A DNA stretch of 64,000 nt from the human T2T-CHM13v2.0 reference genome, Homo sapiens: NCBI RefSeq assembly GCF_009914755.1, contig NC_060933.1. The stretch is one strand, 5' to 3'. Below the pieces are notes generated by a model. It made no database searches, was not told the origin of the DNA, and saw only the letters and a program-made list of their open reading frames with translations. Numbering within the stretch: the stretch's first letter is position 1; each line of letters opens with the position of its first letter. A program made the position numbers and the translations under genes. This document shows positions 19,811 through 37,010 of the stretch, one piece after another.

Positions 19811-20104
19811 AGAGAATAATTAGTTTTTAAGTGTGATAATGACATAGTAGTCATGTACACGATTAGAGATTCATACTGAAATATTTATAGATAAATGATA
19901 TGTTGTTTAGAATCATTCAAAATAACACAAAGTAGGGATGAGGGGAGAAGGTAGAAGTGGAGATGCATAAAATTGCCACTCTAATAATTATTGAACCTTA
20001 GTAATGGGTACGCATGGGTTTGTTATACTAGTCTCTCTAAAGCTATGTTTAAGATTTTTCCATAACAAATATTAAAATGTACCTACAATACCACAAATAC
20101 ATAA

Positions 20105-20439
<335 letters not shown>

Positions 20440-20515
20440 TAGAAAACAAAATATCATACCTATTACATTATTTCACATCTCAACATTGCACAAATATTAT
20501 GTTAGGTGTTTCTGA

Positions 20516-20872
<357 letters not shown>

Positions 20873-21052
20873 TAATTTTAAATCCTGTAAACAGATTTTC
20901 AAGGTTATATATTTATGCTAGTTAACAAAAACTGTGTTGTATCCAACTAAACTTCATTTGCTACAAATGTGAAAAATCAAACTCATCAGTATTCAACTCC
21001 CATGCGTATAAAGAAACAAATTCTTAAGAACATAAACTGCAAATGCAATCTC

Positions 21053-21350
21053 TTTTTTTTTTTTCTGAGACACAGTCTCATTCTGTCGCCATGTGCAGAG
21101 TGCGGTGGTGCGATCTTGGCTCACTGCAACCCCCGCCTCCCAGGCTCAAGTGATTCTCATGCCTCAGCCTCCTGAGTAGCTGGGATCACAGGCACGGACC
21201 ACCATGTCCAGCTAATTTTTCCTGTTTTTAGTAGAGACGGGCATTTCACTGTGTTGGCTAGGCTGGTCTCAAACTCCAGGCCTCCAGTGATCCACCTGCC
21301 TCGGCCTCCCAAAGTGCTGGGATTACAGGCATTAGCCACTGTGTCCAGCC
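21053..21350 (-). mobile_element. AluS
   Basis: Alu consensus. Confidence 0.95.
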
Positions 21351-21489
21351 TTGTAAATGAAATATTGTACTTTATCTCAGTTGAGAAAGTTTTGTTTCTT
21401 TAATAGTAAGCACAACACTAAAAGGAGTCAACTCTCAATTATCTCCAGAAGGAAGCTAAGGAGCAAATAGTTTAAAAGTGCACTCATTT

Positions 21490-21916
21490 AGCTGGACGCG
21501 GTGGCTCACGCCTATAATCCCAGCACTTTGGGAGGCCGAGGCGGGTGGATCATGAGGTCAGGAGTTCAAGACCAGCCTGGCCAAGATGGTGAAACCCCGT
21601 CTCTACTAAAAGTACAAAAATTACAGCACATCTATAATCTCAGCTAGTTGGGAGGCTGAGGCAGGAGAATCGCTTGAATCTGGGGGGCAGAGGTTGCAGT
21701 GAGCCGAGACAAGACCAGCCTGGCCAAGATGGTGAAACCCCGTCTCTACTAAAAGTACAAAAATTACAGCACGTCTATAATCCCAGCTACTCAGGAGGCT
21801 GAAGCAGGAGAATCGCTTGAATCTGGGGGGCGGAGGTTGCAGTGAGCCGAGACCACACCACTGCACTTCACCCTGGGTGACAGAGCAAGACTCCACCTCA
21901 AAAAAAAAAAAAAAAA
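21490..21916 (+). mobile_element. AluSg-like with 143-bp internal tandem duplication
   Basis: 21567-21709 repeated at 21710-21852; TSD AAAAGTGCACTMATTTA. Confidence 0.95.
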
Positions 21917-22066
21917 GTGCACTAATTTAACTTAATTCATTTTTTCTTTCACAAACTGCCATTTAACCAAATCACAGAAAAGGTAGCCTTCCCATTTCTT
22001 TCTAGCATCAGAGGGAGTAAGAAGTTCCACCTGGATGAATTTTCTTGATAACAATCCAATAAATAA

Positions 22067-22345
22067 TTTTTTTTTTGAGACAGAGTCTCGTCTGCCATCC
22101 AGGCAGTGGCGTGATCTCAGCTCACTGCAACCTCCACCTCCTGCCTCAGCAATTCTCCTTCCTCAGCCTTCCTAGTAGCTGAGATTACAGGTGTACACCA
22201 CCACATCTGGCTAATTTTGTATTTTTAGTAGAAACGGGTTTCACCATGTTGGCCAGGCTGGTCTCGAACTTCTGGCCTCAGGTGATCTGCCCACCTCGGC
22301 CTCCCAAAATGCTGGGATTACAGGCGTGAGCCACAGTAGCTGGTC
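22067..22345 (-). mobile_element. AluS
   Basis: Alu consensus. Confidence 0.93.
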
Positions 22346-22869
22346 TCAAACAATTTTTATTTCAACCATATTTAACAGAAATTATTCCAAAATATAATAT
22401 GCATTTCTGTGTGTTATAAGTCACTAAAATGCAAAGTAATTTTAAACTTTTCATGACACATAAACATCGCTAACATCAATTATCAAACTTTTTGATGCTA
22501 TAGAATCTGGAAAACTAGACATCTGCTTTCATGTATCTCAGGGTCTTGGTTTTTCTCTTCAAGGATCTATCCTAGACTCTGCCTTGCCAGTGAAGGCTGT
22601 CTCTCCTGCTGGGCTGAGGGTTTCTCTGGGCCTCTTCCTGCAATTCACCTCTCAACCTACTGGACACTAAATCTAATGAATACTCATTGTTTTTCCATTC
22701 CAGGCTAGCTAGCACAAATACCCGTTATCTCCCTGAATCCAGAACTGTTATATTCTGCATTGTGCCAAGCATGAAGACCAACAGATTGGGCCATGTTGAT
22801 CACTGTGCTAACTTACTTAATGGTAGATATGTTTTAGAATTATAAGATATGAGAACTTTAATAATACAA

Positions 22870-23005
22870 GTGTAGGAGTTCAACCTCCCTGCTTTATAGA
22901 TAAGCAAAAAGCCCAGAAGATTAAGTGACTCATCCAAGGTCACTGGGTTTTTTTGTAGCAGAAAAGAACTGCTGGTTTCTAGTCCAGCTGCTTTTTGCAC
23001 TACTT
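22870..23005 (-). mobile_element. MIR fragment
   Basis: TTAAGTGACTCATCCAAGGTCAC. Confidence 0.55.
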
Positions 23006-23569
23006 CATCAACACCCACATCCTACAAGATTATCATGCAATAAAGTATAAACTAATTAAGGAGCTAAATTTTGCCCTAATTCTTTAAATTCATGGATGCT
23101 GGTCCTTCCAGAAATAAAACAAAACCTTAAAATCTGATTTCTGCTAGATGAATTTATATTAAAGTAGAACTAGCTTTATCACAGGTACCTGCTTTCTTAC
23201 CAAACACGAAGGCACTGAATTAATAGGAATCAATCACATTTAAACCAAACATAAGAAACAACTATCTTCAGAAACCCATACTGCATACAGGTAACACTTT
23301 GGAGTAAGGCATGCTTTAAACAGACTTCCTCTAACTGAATTTAAACCATTTAATTGGCAATTAATCTATTAATTGTAACTCTTTTCCACTGAGCTATAAC
23401 AGAAAAACATGCATCTATCCCTCCAACTGAGTTCTGCTTACACCATTAGATTCTGAAAGTCTGCGATGGGCACAGACATTAATATTTACTTAAATAGTTA
23501 AAAAGCCTTTGTTGGAAATAACTTTAAAGCCCTTATGTACAAACTTTATGGTTGAAGATAATCTTTAAG

Positions 23570-24001
23570 GCATAGGTTCTCAAACTGAGATCCACAGGCT
23601 TAAGTTTATCAGGGGACTGGGCATGGTGGCTCACGTCTGTAATCCCAGCACTTTTGGAGACTGAGGCAGGTGGATCACTTGAGGTCGGGAGCTCAAGACC
23701 AGCCTGGCTAACATGGTGAAACCCCGTCTCTACTAAATAAACAAAAATTAACCAGGCATGGTGGTGGGCACCTGTGAGCTGAGATCACGTCACTGCACTC
23801 CAGCCTGGGTGACAGAGGGAGACTCCGTCTCCAAAAAAAAAAAAATTATCAGGGGACTTCAGGAGGTCTACAAACTCCCTAAAACTGTACACAAAATTCA
23901 GAATGTATGTGCATTTGTGCATGTGTTAGGTTGAGAAGAGCCCTAGCTTTTATCAGATCCTCAAAAGAGAACCATCATGCCAAAAAGGTTCAGAATCCTG
24001 C
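23570..24001. mobile_element. hAT-Charlie-type MITE interrupted by an Alu
   Basis: CATAGGTTCTCAAACT ... AAAAAGGTTCAGAATCCTG termini; Alu TSD TTATCAGGGGACT. Confidence 0.55.
23618..23845 (+). mobile_element. AluS with right-arm deletion
   Basis: GGGCACCTGT joined to GAGCTGAGATC. Confidence 0.9.
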
Positions 24002-24131
24002 TTTAAGTAAACAAAGCTTTCAAGCTGTGGAGGTAAGGCAGTCCATTGATGGTTGCAGAACACACAACAAAGGTTGCCTCTCCTCACATACACCAACGCT
24101 TTTGGAATGCAGAGCCTCAATATAGTAGTAA

Positions 24132-24778
24132 TGAGAGGTGAAGCCAGCTGGACTTCTGGGTCGGGTGGGGACTTGGAGAACTTTTCTGTCTAGCTAAAGG
24201 ATTGTAAATGCACCAATCAGCGCTCTGTGTTTAAAGGATTGTAAGCACACCAATCAGCACTCTGTAAAATGGACCAGTCAGTGCTCTGTAAGATGGACCA
24301 ACCAGCAGGATGTGGGCAGGGCCAAATAAGAGAATAAAAGCTGGCCACCCGAGCCAGCAGCAGCAACCCGCCTGGGTCCCCTTCCACGCTGTGAAAGCTT
24401 TGTTCTTTTGCTCTTCACAGTAGATCTTGCTGCTGCTCACTCTTTGGGTCTGCACTACCTTTATGAGCTGTAACACACACCACAAGCGTCCGCGGCTTCA
24501 TTCCTGAAGTCAGCGAGACCACAAACCCACCGGGAGGAACAAACAACTCCTGACGTGCCACCTTTAAGAGCTGTAACACTCACTGCGAAGATCTGCGGCT
24601 TCACTCCTGAAGTCAGTGAGACCACGAACCCACCGGAAGGAAGTTCCGGACACATCTGAACATCTGGAGGAACAAACTCTGGACACACCATCTTTAAGAG
24701 TTGTAACACTCACCGCGAGGGTCCGCGGCTTCATTCTTGAAATCAAGAACACACCGGAAGGAATAAATTCCAGACACA
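24132..24778 (+). mobile_element. Solo LTR12-family (ERV9/ERV1) LTR
   Basis: TG...CA termini, 4-bp TSD GTAA, CCAATCAGC repeats in U3, repeated AGCTGTAACAC...GAAGTCAG units in U5. Confidence 0.92.
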
Positions 24779-24918
24779 GTAATATTGAGAAACCATAAGT
24801 TCACCAGTCACAAGACAGAGAGACAAGTCCACTATATATCCTGACCAACATATCGCCACATTTGGTGTCTTAACCACAGACCATCAAGACATTCTGTAAG
24901 ACAGAAAGATTGCCCTCT

Positions 24919-25285
<367 letters not shown>

Positions 25286-26560
25286 CTAGGGTAAAGGGCC
25301 TTTCAGCAAAAACACTCCCTGAAATTACTTTATCTCAACTAGTACTAACACTTCCTGGGTATACTTAATTCAGTAACCTGTGTTAAGGCATTTACTCCTT
25401 TTATTTGTCCAAAACAAAAATCTCTCTGTCAAACATTAGGGATAGGGCATTGCCTTCATTTTGGTACACTGAGTATTTTGTATTTAGAGAATAAATCCAT
25501 TATCACAATTTTATAAGCTGTGAACACAAATCCCCTTAGTGTTTTCTGACACTGAAGAATTACTTTGTATTTAACACCCTGGATATGTGAGTGTGCAAGA
25601 GAAGAGTATGTGTATGTGTGTACATACTCCATCACAGGCTACATAAAATATTAACTCTAATTATTGTATAGTGCTTACAAAGAAATCCTGCTTTCCTTCT
25701 ACCACCACTAAATACTATTTTCACTTCAGAGACTTGCGGATTTTAGGAAAGTTTATTTTCATTTCCATCTTCTACTGTCATGTACAATACTGAAAATCAG
25801 TTTTAACTGATTTTAGTGTTTTCCCAAAAGAAAATCGAGAAAGGATTATTGAGTCAAGAAATCTGTGCATACAAGATACTCTGTGGCGATTAGTAACATT
25901 GTTGTATTTTACACCTATGCATTTTTAGGCTATTGCTATCCAATACTATAAGAGAAAATTTTTTAACTTAATGCAAACGAATGTTTTTCTAACTTAAACG
26001 ACAGAAAATTAAATCCATTCACCAAAACTATGCTTCTTAATATCTAAAAACCCTACTTAGGGCCAAAATCAGTGCTCCCAATTAGAGATCACAAATGTAA
26101 CTTTAAAAACATTTTTCTTGTGGTTTCTTAAGCTTATGATCAACTGCCTAGAAGATACTAAGAATGTTGCCTACAAGACGTTGAGGATTAAAAACAGTAA
26201 AGAGCAATAAATATACTAGAAATTCCAATTATCTAATTTATTGGCACAACTGATGGTTTACTTCTCTCGCATAAGTGACCACAGGAAGGCATAGACTAAT
26301 TTAAACTTTACACAACAAACAGGAAATTCAAAAGCAGGAATAAAAAGCTTTTATCTATAGTGGTTTAGCCAAACTATCATACATATACATACTGGAGTAA
26401 ATGGAGGTAACATTAAGTGTGTGTGTGCAAGTGCCTGCCCCGACCCCATCACCAAGAACAGGGTTGATCCAGAAAGTAAGGTAAATCAATGCACAGTGGT
26501 GGGAAACAGACTTTTCCTAGTCCCAGAACACTTAATGGACTGGAAGCAGCAACTAGCTTA

Positions 26561-27234
<674 letters not shown>

Positions 27235-27249
27235 ACTCTGGGTCAGGGA

Positions 27250-28235
27250 TGTTAAAGCCATGAATGAGTAGTGGTAAGCTGTATGCTATAAAGGAAAAAG
27301 AAAACCAGAATACAATGACAGAGCAGAGAGGTAAAACCTTCTTTAGACTGAGTAGTCAAGGAAGGCCTCAGAAGAAAGCTGAGAGCTCAGGGATGAGAAG
27401 GAGCTGAGTACTCAAAGGGTAGAACAAGAGTGTTCTATGCAGAGAAAACAGCCTGGAAGAGACAGGAAAAACTGTAAATTCAAGTGCAATGGGATGCCAC
27501 TGAATAGTTTAAGTAACCATGTGACCCATTCTTTCAAAAGCTTTCTCTGGCTGCTATGCAGAGAAAAAAATTGGAGACCAGACAAGTGTGAAGACCAGCT
27601 GAAAGGCTACTGTGGCAGTTCAGGGGGAGAGATGGGATAGCTTCAGTGAAAAGAGGTGAAACAATACAAAATACATTCTGGAGATGTGCTGGAAAGGACA
27701 AGAATGTGGTGGGGAGTGGTGTGTAAGAAAAACAAAGGTGCCAAAAATGACTCCTAGATTCCTGGTTTAAGCATTTCCGATGGAAAAAACTAAGGGGAGA
27801 AATAGTTTTGCAGATAATAATTTCAGTTTGGACATGTGAAGTATGAACTCCCTATAAAATACAAATTTGGGGATTCTCAGCACATAAATGATATTTAAAT
27901 CCTTGGGAACAAATGCTATCATCCAGAAAACACAGAAGAGAGATGAAGAAACAGGCCCAAGCCCTGAGGAACTCAAACATGCAGTGACCGGGAAAAGAGG
28001 TTGGCAAAAAGTATATGCAAAGGTAAGAGGAAAACAAGGATTATGAGATTACAGAAGCCAACAGGCTGGGATCCAAGAAAGAGGATAAATTACGTGGATA
28101 ACTCTGGTAAGAGATGCAGTAAGATGTGGTCTGAATATCCACTGGTTTGGCAACCCACCATTATGGATGACCTTGGCAGAGCAGTTTCAGGGAACTGGAA
28201 TAAAGGATTAAGTCAAAGAGGGCTGAAGGGTGACT
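27250..28235 (-). mobile_element. L2 fragment
   Basis: Purine-rich L2 antisense motifs GTCAAGGAAGGCCTC, CTCTGGCTGCTATG, TTCAGTTTGGACATGT, GATGACCTTGGCAGAGCAGTTTCAG. Confidence 0.75.
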
Positions 28236-28666
28236 GACTATACACCAACCAGCCTGTATGCAACTTAGCAAACTTCCCAACTATCACCAAGATGCAGGTA
28301 AATCACCTCATCTCTCTCCTGCTCTACCGTAACAGCCTCCAACTGCTTTTCCTGCTTCAATCCTTACCCTCCTACAACCCATTCTCAGCACAGCGGCCAG
28401 AAAGATCCTAGAAGGGAAGTCATACCATATATCACCACTCCTCTGCTCAGTGATCTCATCTCATTCAGAACAAAGGTCAAAAACAAAGTATCCCTAATAG
28501 TCTAGAAGGTCACCATCTTACCTCTGAACACTCCTGTTCATGGAATACAGCAAGCACACTTTTGCGTCAGGGCTTCTGCACTTAAAACAGCTTGATGCCT
28601 AACTTCCTTCGAATTTCTGCTCAAATGTCACTGCACCAATGATGCTTTCTCTGACCAACTGATTGA

Positions 28667-28960
28667 TTTTTTTTTTTTTTTGAGACAGAGTCCTGCTCTG
28701 TCGCCCAGGCTGGAGATCAGTGGCATGATCTCAGCTCACCACAACTTCCGCCTCCCAGGTTTAAGTGATTGTCGTGCCTCAGCCTCCCGAGTAGCTAGGA
28801 CTACAGGCGGGCACCACCACACCTGGCTAATATTTGTATTTTTAGTAGACACGGAGTTTCACCATGTTGGCCAGGCTGGTCTCCAACTCCTGACCTCAGG
28901 TGATCTGCCTGCCTCAGTCTCCCCTGCTGGGATTACAGGTGTGAGCCACTGTACCCCGCC
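28667..28960 (-). mobile_element. AluS
   Basis: Alu consensus. Confidence 0.95.
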
Positions 28961-28969
28961 CTGATTTAC

Positions 28970-29048
28970 TTTTTTTTTTTTTAAGTGAAAACAAGCTTAT
29001 TAAGCAAGTGAAGGAATAAAGAATGGCTACTCCATAGGCAGAGCAGCC
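28970..29048 (-). mobile_element. Short polyadenylated ERV1 LTR R-region fragment (MER41-like)
   Basis: Minus strand GGCTGCTCTGCCTATGGAGTAGCCATTCTTTATTCC...AATAAGCTTGTTTTCACTT followed directly by poly(A). Confidence 0.65.
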
Positions 29049-29874
29049 TGGTCAAGTGATTTAAATAGCACCTGCTTTCATTCTTTGCTTATCTTGGCCT
29101 ACCCTGATCTGTTTTTCTTCTTACCACTTATCATCCTTATGGCATATTTATGCTTACTGTCTGTCTCACATCATGAGGATGTAAGCTTCATAAGAGTAGA
29201 GGTTTTACCTGCTTTTGTTCACTACTGTGTAGCCAGTATGTAGGCCTGGTACACAGTAGACACTCATTTGTTTCTTGCATGTAAGTCAGGAGAAAGGCCC
29301 CGCACATTATGAAGTAATAAACTGGCACTTTCAGTTTGATACAAGCCTTCTGTTATTTAGATAATATGAGTCTGATCACTCACAGGAATGCAGGAAAGTC
29401 TCATTTCTGGATCCATGAAATAGAATACTAGTTCTTCAATGATCTAAACGTAGGCCTTGAAAAACTCACAATTATGCCATTCTGCTGGGTGTCTCCTTGT
29501 AAATTCAAGAGCATTTCCATTCAATTTTCAATATGAACTGTTTACCTTTTGGGTAAAGCAAGGTACACTAGAAAAAAAAAATCATTTGTAATAATGCAAA
29601 GACGTGGTCACGAAGGGGGCAATGGTACTGATGAATCACACAAATACAAAGATATGTACATATTACATTTGAACAAAGGCAAGTATGTATGGTGCACTGG
29701 GATTAGGTAATTCTTCCAAATAATTGAACCATGCTTTCCAGTCTGTCTATTTAATTTCCCTAATCATCTCTCTAATCACCAAGAAGAGACTAAGCTATTT
29801 TTCTCTGCAAACTCCCTAGCTCACACTTACTCTTTTGTCCTCAGAAAAATAAGTGACCAAAAACTATTATCTTA

Positions 29875-30191
29875 GGCCAGGTGCGGTGGCTCACGCCTGT
29901 AATCCCAGCACTTTGGGAGGCCGAGGCGGGCGGATCACGAGGTCAGGAGATAGAGACCATCCTGGCTAACATGGTGAAACCCTGTCTCTACTAAAAATAC
30001 AAAAAATTAGCCGGGCGTGGTGGCAGGCACCTGTACTCCCAGGTACTCAGGTTGAGGCAGGAGAATGGCGTGAACCCGGGAGGTGGAGATTGCAGTGAGC
30101 CTAGATCACGACACTGCACTCCAGCCTGGGCGACAGAGCAAGACTCTGTCTCAAAAAACAAACAAACAAACAAAAAACCACAAAAAAAAAA
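29875..30191 (+). mobile_element. AluY-like
   Basis: Y diagnostics. Confidence 0.95.
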
Positions 30192-30259
30192 TTATCTTCT
30201 AATTTCTGACAAGATCAAAGCTCTGCATTATGTAGATGAAATGCAAGCCTTAATTATAA

Positions 30260-30574
<315 letters not shown>

Positions 30575-31234
30575 TCATATTTGTATCAGATTATCAGTCA
30601 TATATATCTACTCATGTAACCCTAAACAAACTGTGAAAACACAAATCCTGGAAACTGCAATATTCACCCAATAAATTAATATACATACACTGTATAGCTA
30701 AGAATGGAAGGAAATGGCAAAACAAGTTAAAATACAGATAAATCTAAATAACTGTGATCAATCTGGCTACATAATTGTGTGGAACATTTTTAAAAATCAT
30801 TTCCAAAAATATGTAATATATAAAGATAACATAAAATTCCAGATTTGCAAAGAAAAAAGTAAAGAAAGCAAATGTACTAAAATGCTTGTTTTACAATTAT
30901 GAGGACTCAAAAAGATACTATTTAGTGCTCTGCCTCTGACAGAGAATTTTAAAAGCCTTCTTAAAATCTGCATGGACCAATAACACAAAAAGATACTTAA
31001 CATCATTAGCCATGGGGGGAATGCAAATCAAAACTAGAAGGAGATACCACTTCCCACCCACTAGGAGGGCTATAATCAAAAAGACAGATAACAGAGAACA
31101 AGTGTTGGCAACAATGTGGAGAAATTAGAACCCTCGTACACTGCTGGTGGGAATATAAAATGGTGTAACAACCTTAAAAAACAGCACGGCAGTTCCTCAA
31201 AAGGTTAAGCTTAGAGTTCCATTTGACCCAGTAA

Positions 31235-31633
<399 letters not shown>

Positions 31634-31757
31634 CATAGCAGCATTATTCATAATCATCCAAAATAGGATGCAATCCATATGTGCATTAACTGATGAATGG
31701 GTAAAGTATGATACACCTATACAACTAATATTTACCTACAAAAAGTAACAAAGTGCT

Positions 31758-32058
31758 GGCCGGGCGCGGTGGCTCACGCCTGTAATCCCAGCACTTTGGG
31801 AGGCCGAGGCGGGTGGATCACGAGGTCAGGAGATCGGGACCATCCTGGCTAACACGGTGAAACCCCGTCTCTACTAAAAATACAAAAAAAATTAGCCGGG
31901 CATGGTGGCAGGCACCTGTAGTCCCAGCTACTCAGGAGGCTGAGGCAGGAGAATGGTGTGAACCCAGGAGGCGGAGCTTGCAGTGAGCCGAGATCGGGCC
32001 ACTGCACTTGAGCCTGGGCAACAGTGCGAGACTCTGTCTCGTGAAAAAGTAAAAAAAA
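31758..32058 (+). mobile_element. AluY-like within L1
   Basis: TSD AAAAAGTAACAAAGTGCT. Confidence 0.95.
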
Positions 32059-32884
32059 GTAACAAAGTGCTGATACATGTCACAACATAGATGAACCTGA
32101 AAATACTATCTATTCTAAGTGGAAGAAGCCAGTACTGTTCATAAAAGTGCAAATTGTATGATTCCATTTATATAAAAGGTCCAGAACAGGCTAATCTACA
32201 GAGACAGAAAGTAGATAGCTGTTGCCTAGGACTGAGATGGGAGGAAATGGAGAGTGACTGCCAATGAGTGGAGGATTTCTTTTCAGGGAGATGAAAATGC
32301 TCTGGTATTAGATAGTGGTACTGGTTACACAACTGTGAATACACCAAAACCCACTTAATTGTATACTTTATTTGGGTAAATTGTATATGTAAATTTATAT
32401 TTCGATAAAGCTGTTAAGAATGAGGTAGCAGGCACAATGGGAGGCTCATAAAGCGTAGTTTTAGTATTTTATTTCTTGACCTGCTTGGTAGTTACACACG
32501 TGGGTTCACACTATGATGATTCATTGAGCTGCAAACTTACAAGATATGAATGTTTCTATACGTATTTCGTATGTCAAACAAATGTTTCAAAAAATAAATT
32601 TATAAATACTGACTTGGAAAGAGACCCAACATTATTATAAAGTGGGAAAAAAGCAAGTTTCAGAACAATATATATACTATGGTCCCACTTTTTGTAAATT
32701 TATACACAACACTACATGAATATACACATATCCAATCCTCACTGACCTCTGCAGGATTCAAATAAAGGAACTTTTATTTTCTCTAATATACATTTCTATA
32801 ACATTTTAAATTTTGCCATGTATATTTTTGTAATCAGAAGACAATAATGTCTACTTATAAAAAAATTTGAAAAGGCATAAAGAC

Positions 32885-33186
<302 letters not shown>

Positions 33187-33228
33187 GGCATAAAGATGAA
33201 ATTTAATAAAGAGAAGAGAAATTCCTGA

Positions 33229-33566
<338 letters not shown>

Positions 33567-33614
33567 GAATACATTCTTTAAAAGACGATCATTTAAAAAA
33601 TAATAGCAACTACA

Positions 33615-33902
33615 GCCAGGCGTGGTGGCTCATGCCTGTAATCCTAGCACTTCGGGAGGCCGAGGAGGATGGATCACGAGGTCAGAGTTCAAGACCAGCC
33701 TGGCCAAGATGGTGAAACCCCGTCTCTACTAAAAATACAAAAATTAGCCAGGCTTGGTGGCAGTCGCCTGTAATCTCAGCTACTCAGGAGGCTGAGGCAG
33801 AGAATTGCTTGAACCCAGGAGGCAGAGGTTGCAGTGAGCCGAGATCGCGCCACTGCACTCCAGCCTGGGCGACACAGCGAGACTCCGTCTCAAAAAAAAA
33901 AA
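33615..33902 (+). mobile_element. AluSg4/Sg7-like
   Basis: GCCAAGATGG and GGCAGAGAATTG variants. Confidence 0.93.
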
Positions 33903-33929
33903 CAACTGCAACTAATCTGATTGCTATTA

Positions 33930-33937
33930 CATATATA

Positions 33938-33973
<36 letters not shown>

Positions 33974-33993
33974 ATACACACACATACATATAT
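33930..33993. repeat. (TA)n(CA)n compound microsatellite
   Basis: Direct reading. Confidence 0.9.
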
Positions 33994-34672
33994 GGGTAAC
34001 AGTAATAGTGAAATTATCTTTTCCAACTATTTAAAATTATGAAAAAAATTAGATGTCTACTTAAAATTTTTCAAGATTTTCAGAGTATATATTCAAAATA
34101 CTTTGAATATCACTAATTAAGGAGAGTAATTATGCAGCAAGAGAAAACAGCCCAGTGCAAGGAGGCTGCAGCTCTGAGCTATGGGGCCTGAGAGAAGAGC
34201 CTAGCCCTCTGTGGGCCTGTTTCCTCAATATGACAATAAGGAGGTCAGATTATGATTCTGCTGCTCTCTGCTTCAAGAGTCACTAACTGGGTGGGTCAGG
34301 CCATTTGGGATATAACATCACTACCAATAATAACACCATTAGCAGCAATAATAAAACCCACTATAGCTTTTTCAACAATTAATGTACACTTCCATGCATC
34401 ATCTCTATACACAAATGCCTGCGCCTCTCACACAGGTAATTTGTGGACACACACCAAAATGGTACCTGTTACCACCTCTGGGATTATAGTGGGGAGAGGA
34501 ATAAGAATGGAGGGTCCATCAGTCAGGTCCCAAAAGTAAAGAGATGGCAAATACAAATCAGAATAATCTGAGAAGGGTTTGTTTATAAAAGAAATAATTA
34601 CAAAGTAGGGGAATAGAGGCTACAGAAACCATGGGGATGGAACAGAAATCAGGACTAGTAAAGGCAGAACAA

Positions 34673-34970
34673 GGCTGAGCAACAGTGGCTCACACCTGTA
34701 ATCCCAGCACTTTGGGATGCCAAGGTGGGAAGACTGAGTGAGCTCAGGAGTTCAAGACTAGTCTAGGAAACACAGCAAGATTCCACCTCTACAAAAAATG
34801 TTTAGAAACTAGCCAGTTGTGGTGGCGCACGCCTGTTGTCCCTACTCAAGAGGCTGAGGTGGGAAGACTGCTTGGGCCCAGAAGCTCAAGGCTGCAGTGG
34901 GCCATGATCGCACCACTGTACTCCAGCCTGCTGGGCAGAGCAATGTTCTGTCTTAAAAAAAAAAAAAAAA
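34673..34970 (+). mobile_element. AluJ-like
   Basis: TSD AAAGGCAGAACAAG. Confidence 0.9.
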
Positions 34971-35226
34971 AGGCAGAACAAGTATTGCTTCTAGAAGTGC
35001 CAAAGAAGATAGGAGACAGAGATTACCAGAACGCAGAATCCAGGTATATAATACATGCTACCCTGAGAGGTGAAGGGATAAATATTCTGACCTCCTTCTC
35101 TGGCCCTTCAATCCAGAGGGCCTAAGAGTTCTTTATCTGGGGCAAAGAGCCAGGTAGAAAAGAGTAGAGGATGGATCTGGAGAGGTAAAGAAAAGATATC
35201 CAGCCCAGATTTCTTTTAACTTTTTA

Positions 35227-35986
<760 letters not shown>

Positions 35987-36090
35987 TTATGGAGTGCTAT
36001 TCATTTAACATGAATGGTATTACTCTACTACTTTGTTCAATCTTTTTTTTCCCCCACTATTTTCAGTTCAGTTAGAAAATAATGTTCAAG

Positions 36091-36712
<622 letters not shown>

Positions 36713-36780
36713 GAAATAATGCTCAAGAAGCCAGGATGAGATGGATGGGCTTGATTCTCCTCGGTTGTTTCTACTCCACC

Positions 36781-37010
36781 ACAGTGGCTCTCAGAACACA
36801 CCCTGCCCTTCATGTGCATTAGCATCACCTAGGAACCTGTTTAAAATGAAATCTGCAGGCCCCACCCAGTGAGGTGAATCAAAAGCACTGGTGGGGGTGT
36901 CCAGCTTTTAAAGTCTAAGAACCACTACTCTACCTCCTGGTACTCAAAACTTTCTTCACCATCACCTGATGCCTTGCCAGAAATCGGCATTTTAACAAGA
37001 TCCCCCTGGT
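36781..37010. mobile_element. MER5A-like remnants
   Basis: CAGTGGCTCTCA...GCATCACCTAGG...AAGAACCACT. Confidence 0.55.

Larger units (their letters stand above)
28300..29280 (+). mobile_element. L2 3' region interrupted by an Alu and an LTR retrocopy
   Basis: AACAGCCTCC...CACAGCGGCCAGA; CTGCTCAAATGTCAC; GCCTGGTACACAGTAGACACTC. Confidence 0.7.

Noticed and set aside
24231-24798. ORFs and ~80-bp repeated units resembling an array
   Set aside because: Normal internal U3/U5 repeats of LTR12; not coding and not CRISPR-like (no unique spacers, eukaryotic context)
27250-29280. Oppositely oriented L2 pair as a microRNA-type hairpin
   Set aside because: Arrangement is head-to-head and highly diverged; I could not see a continuous stem
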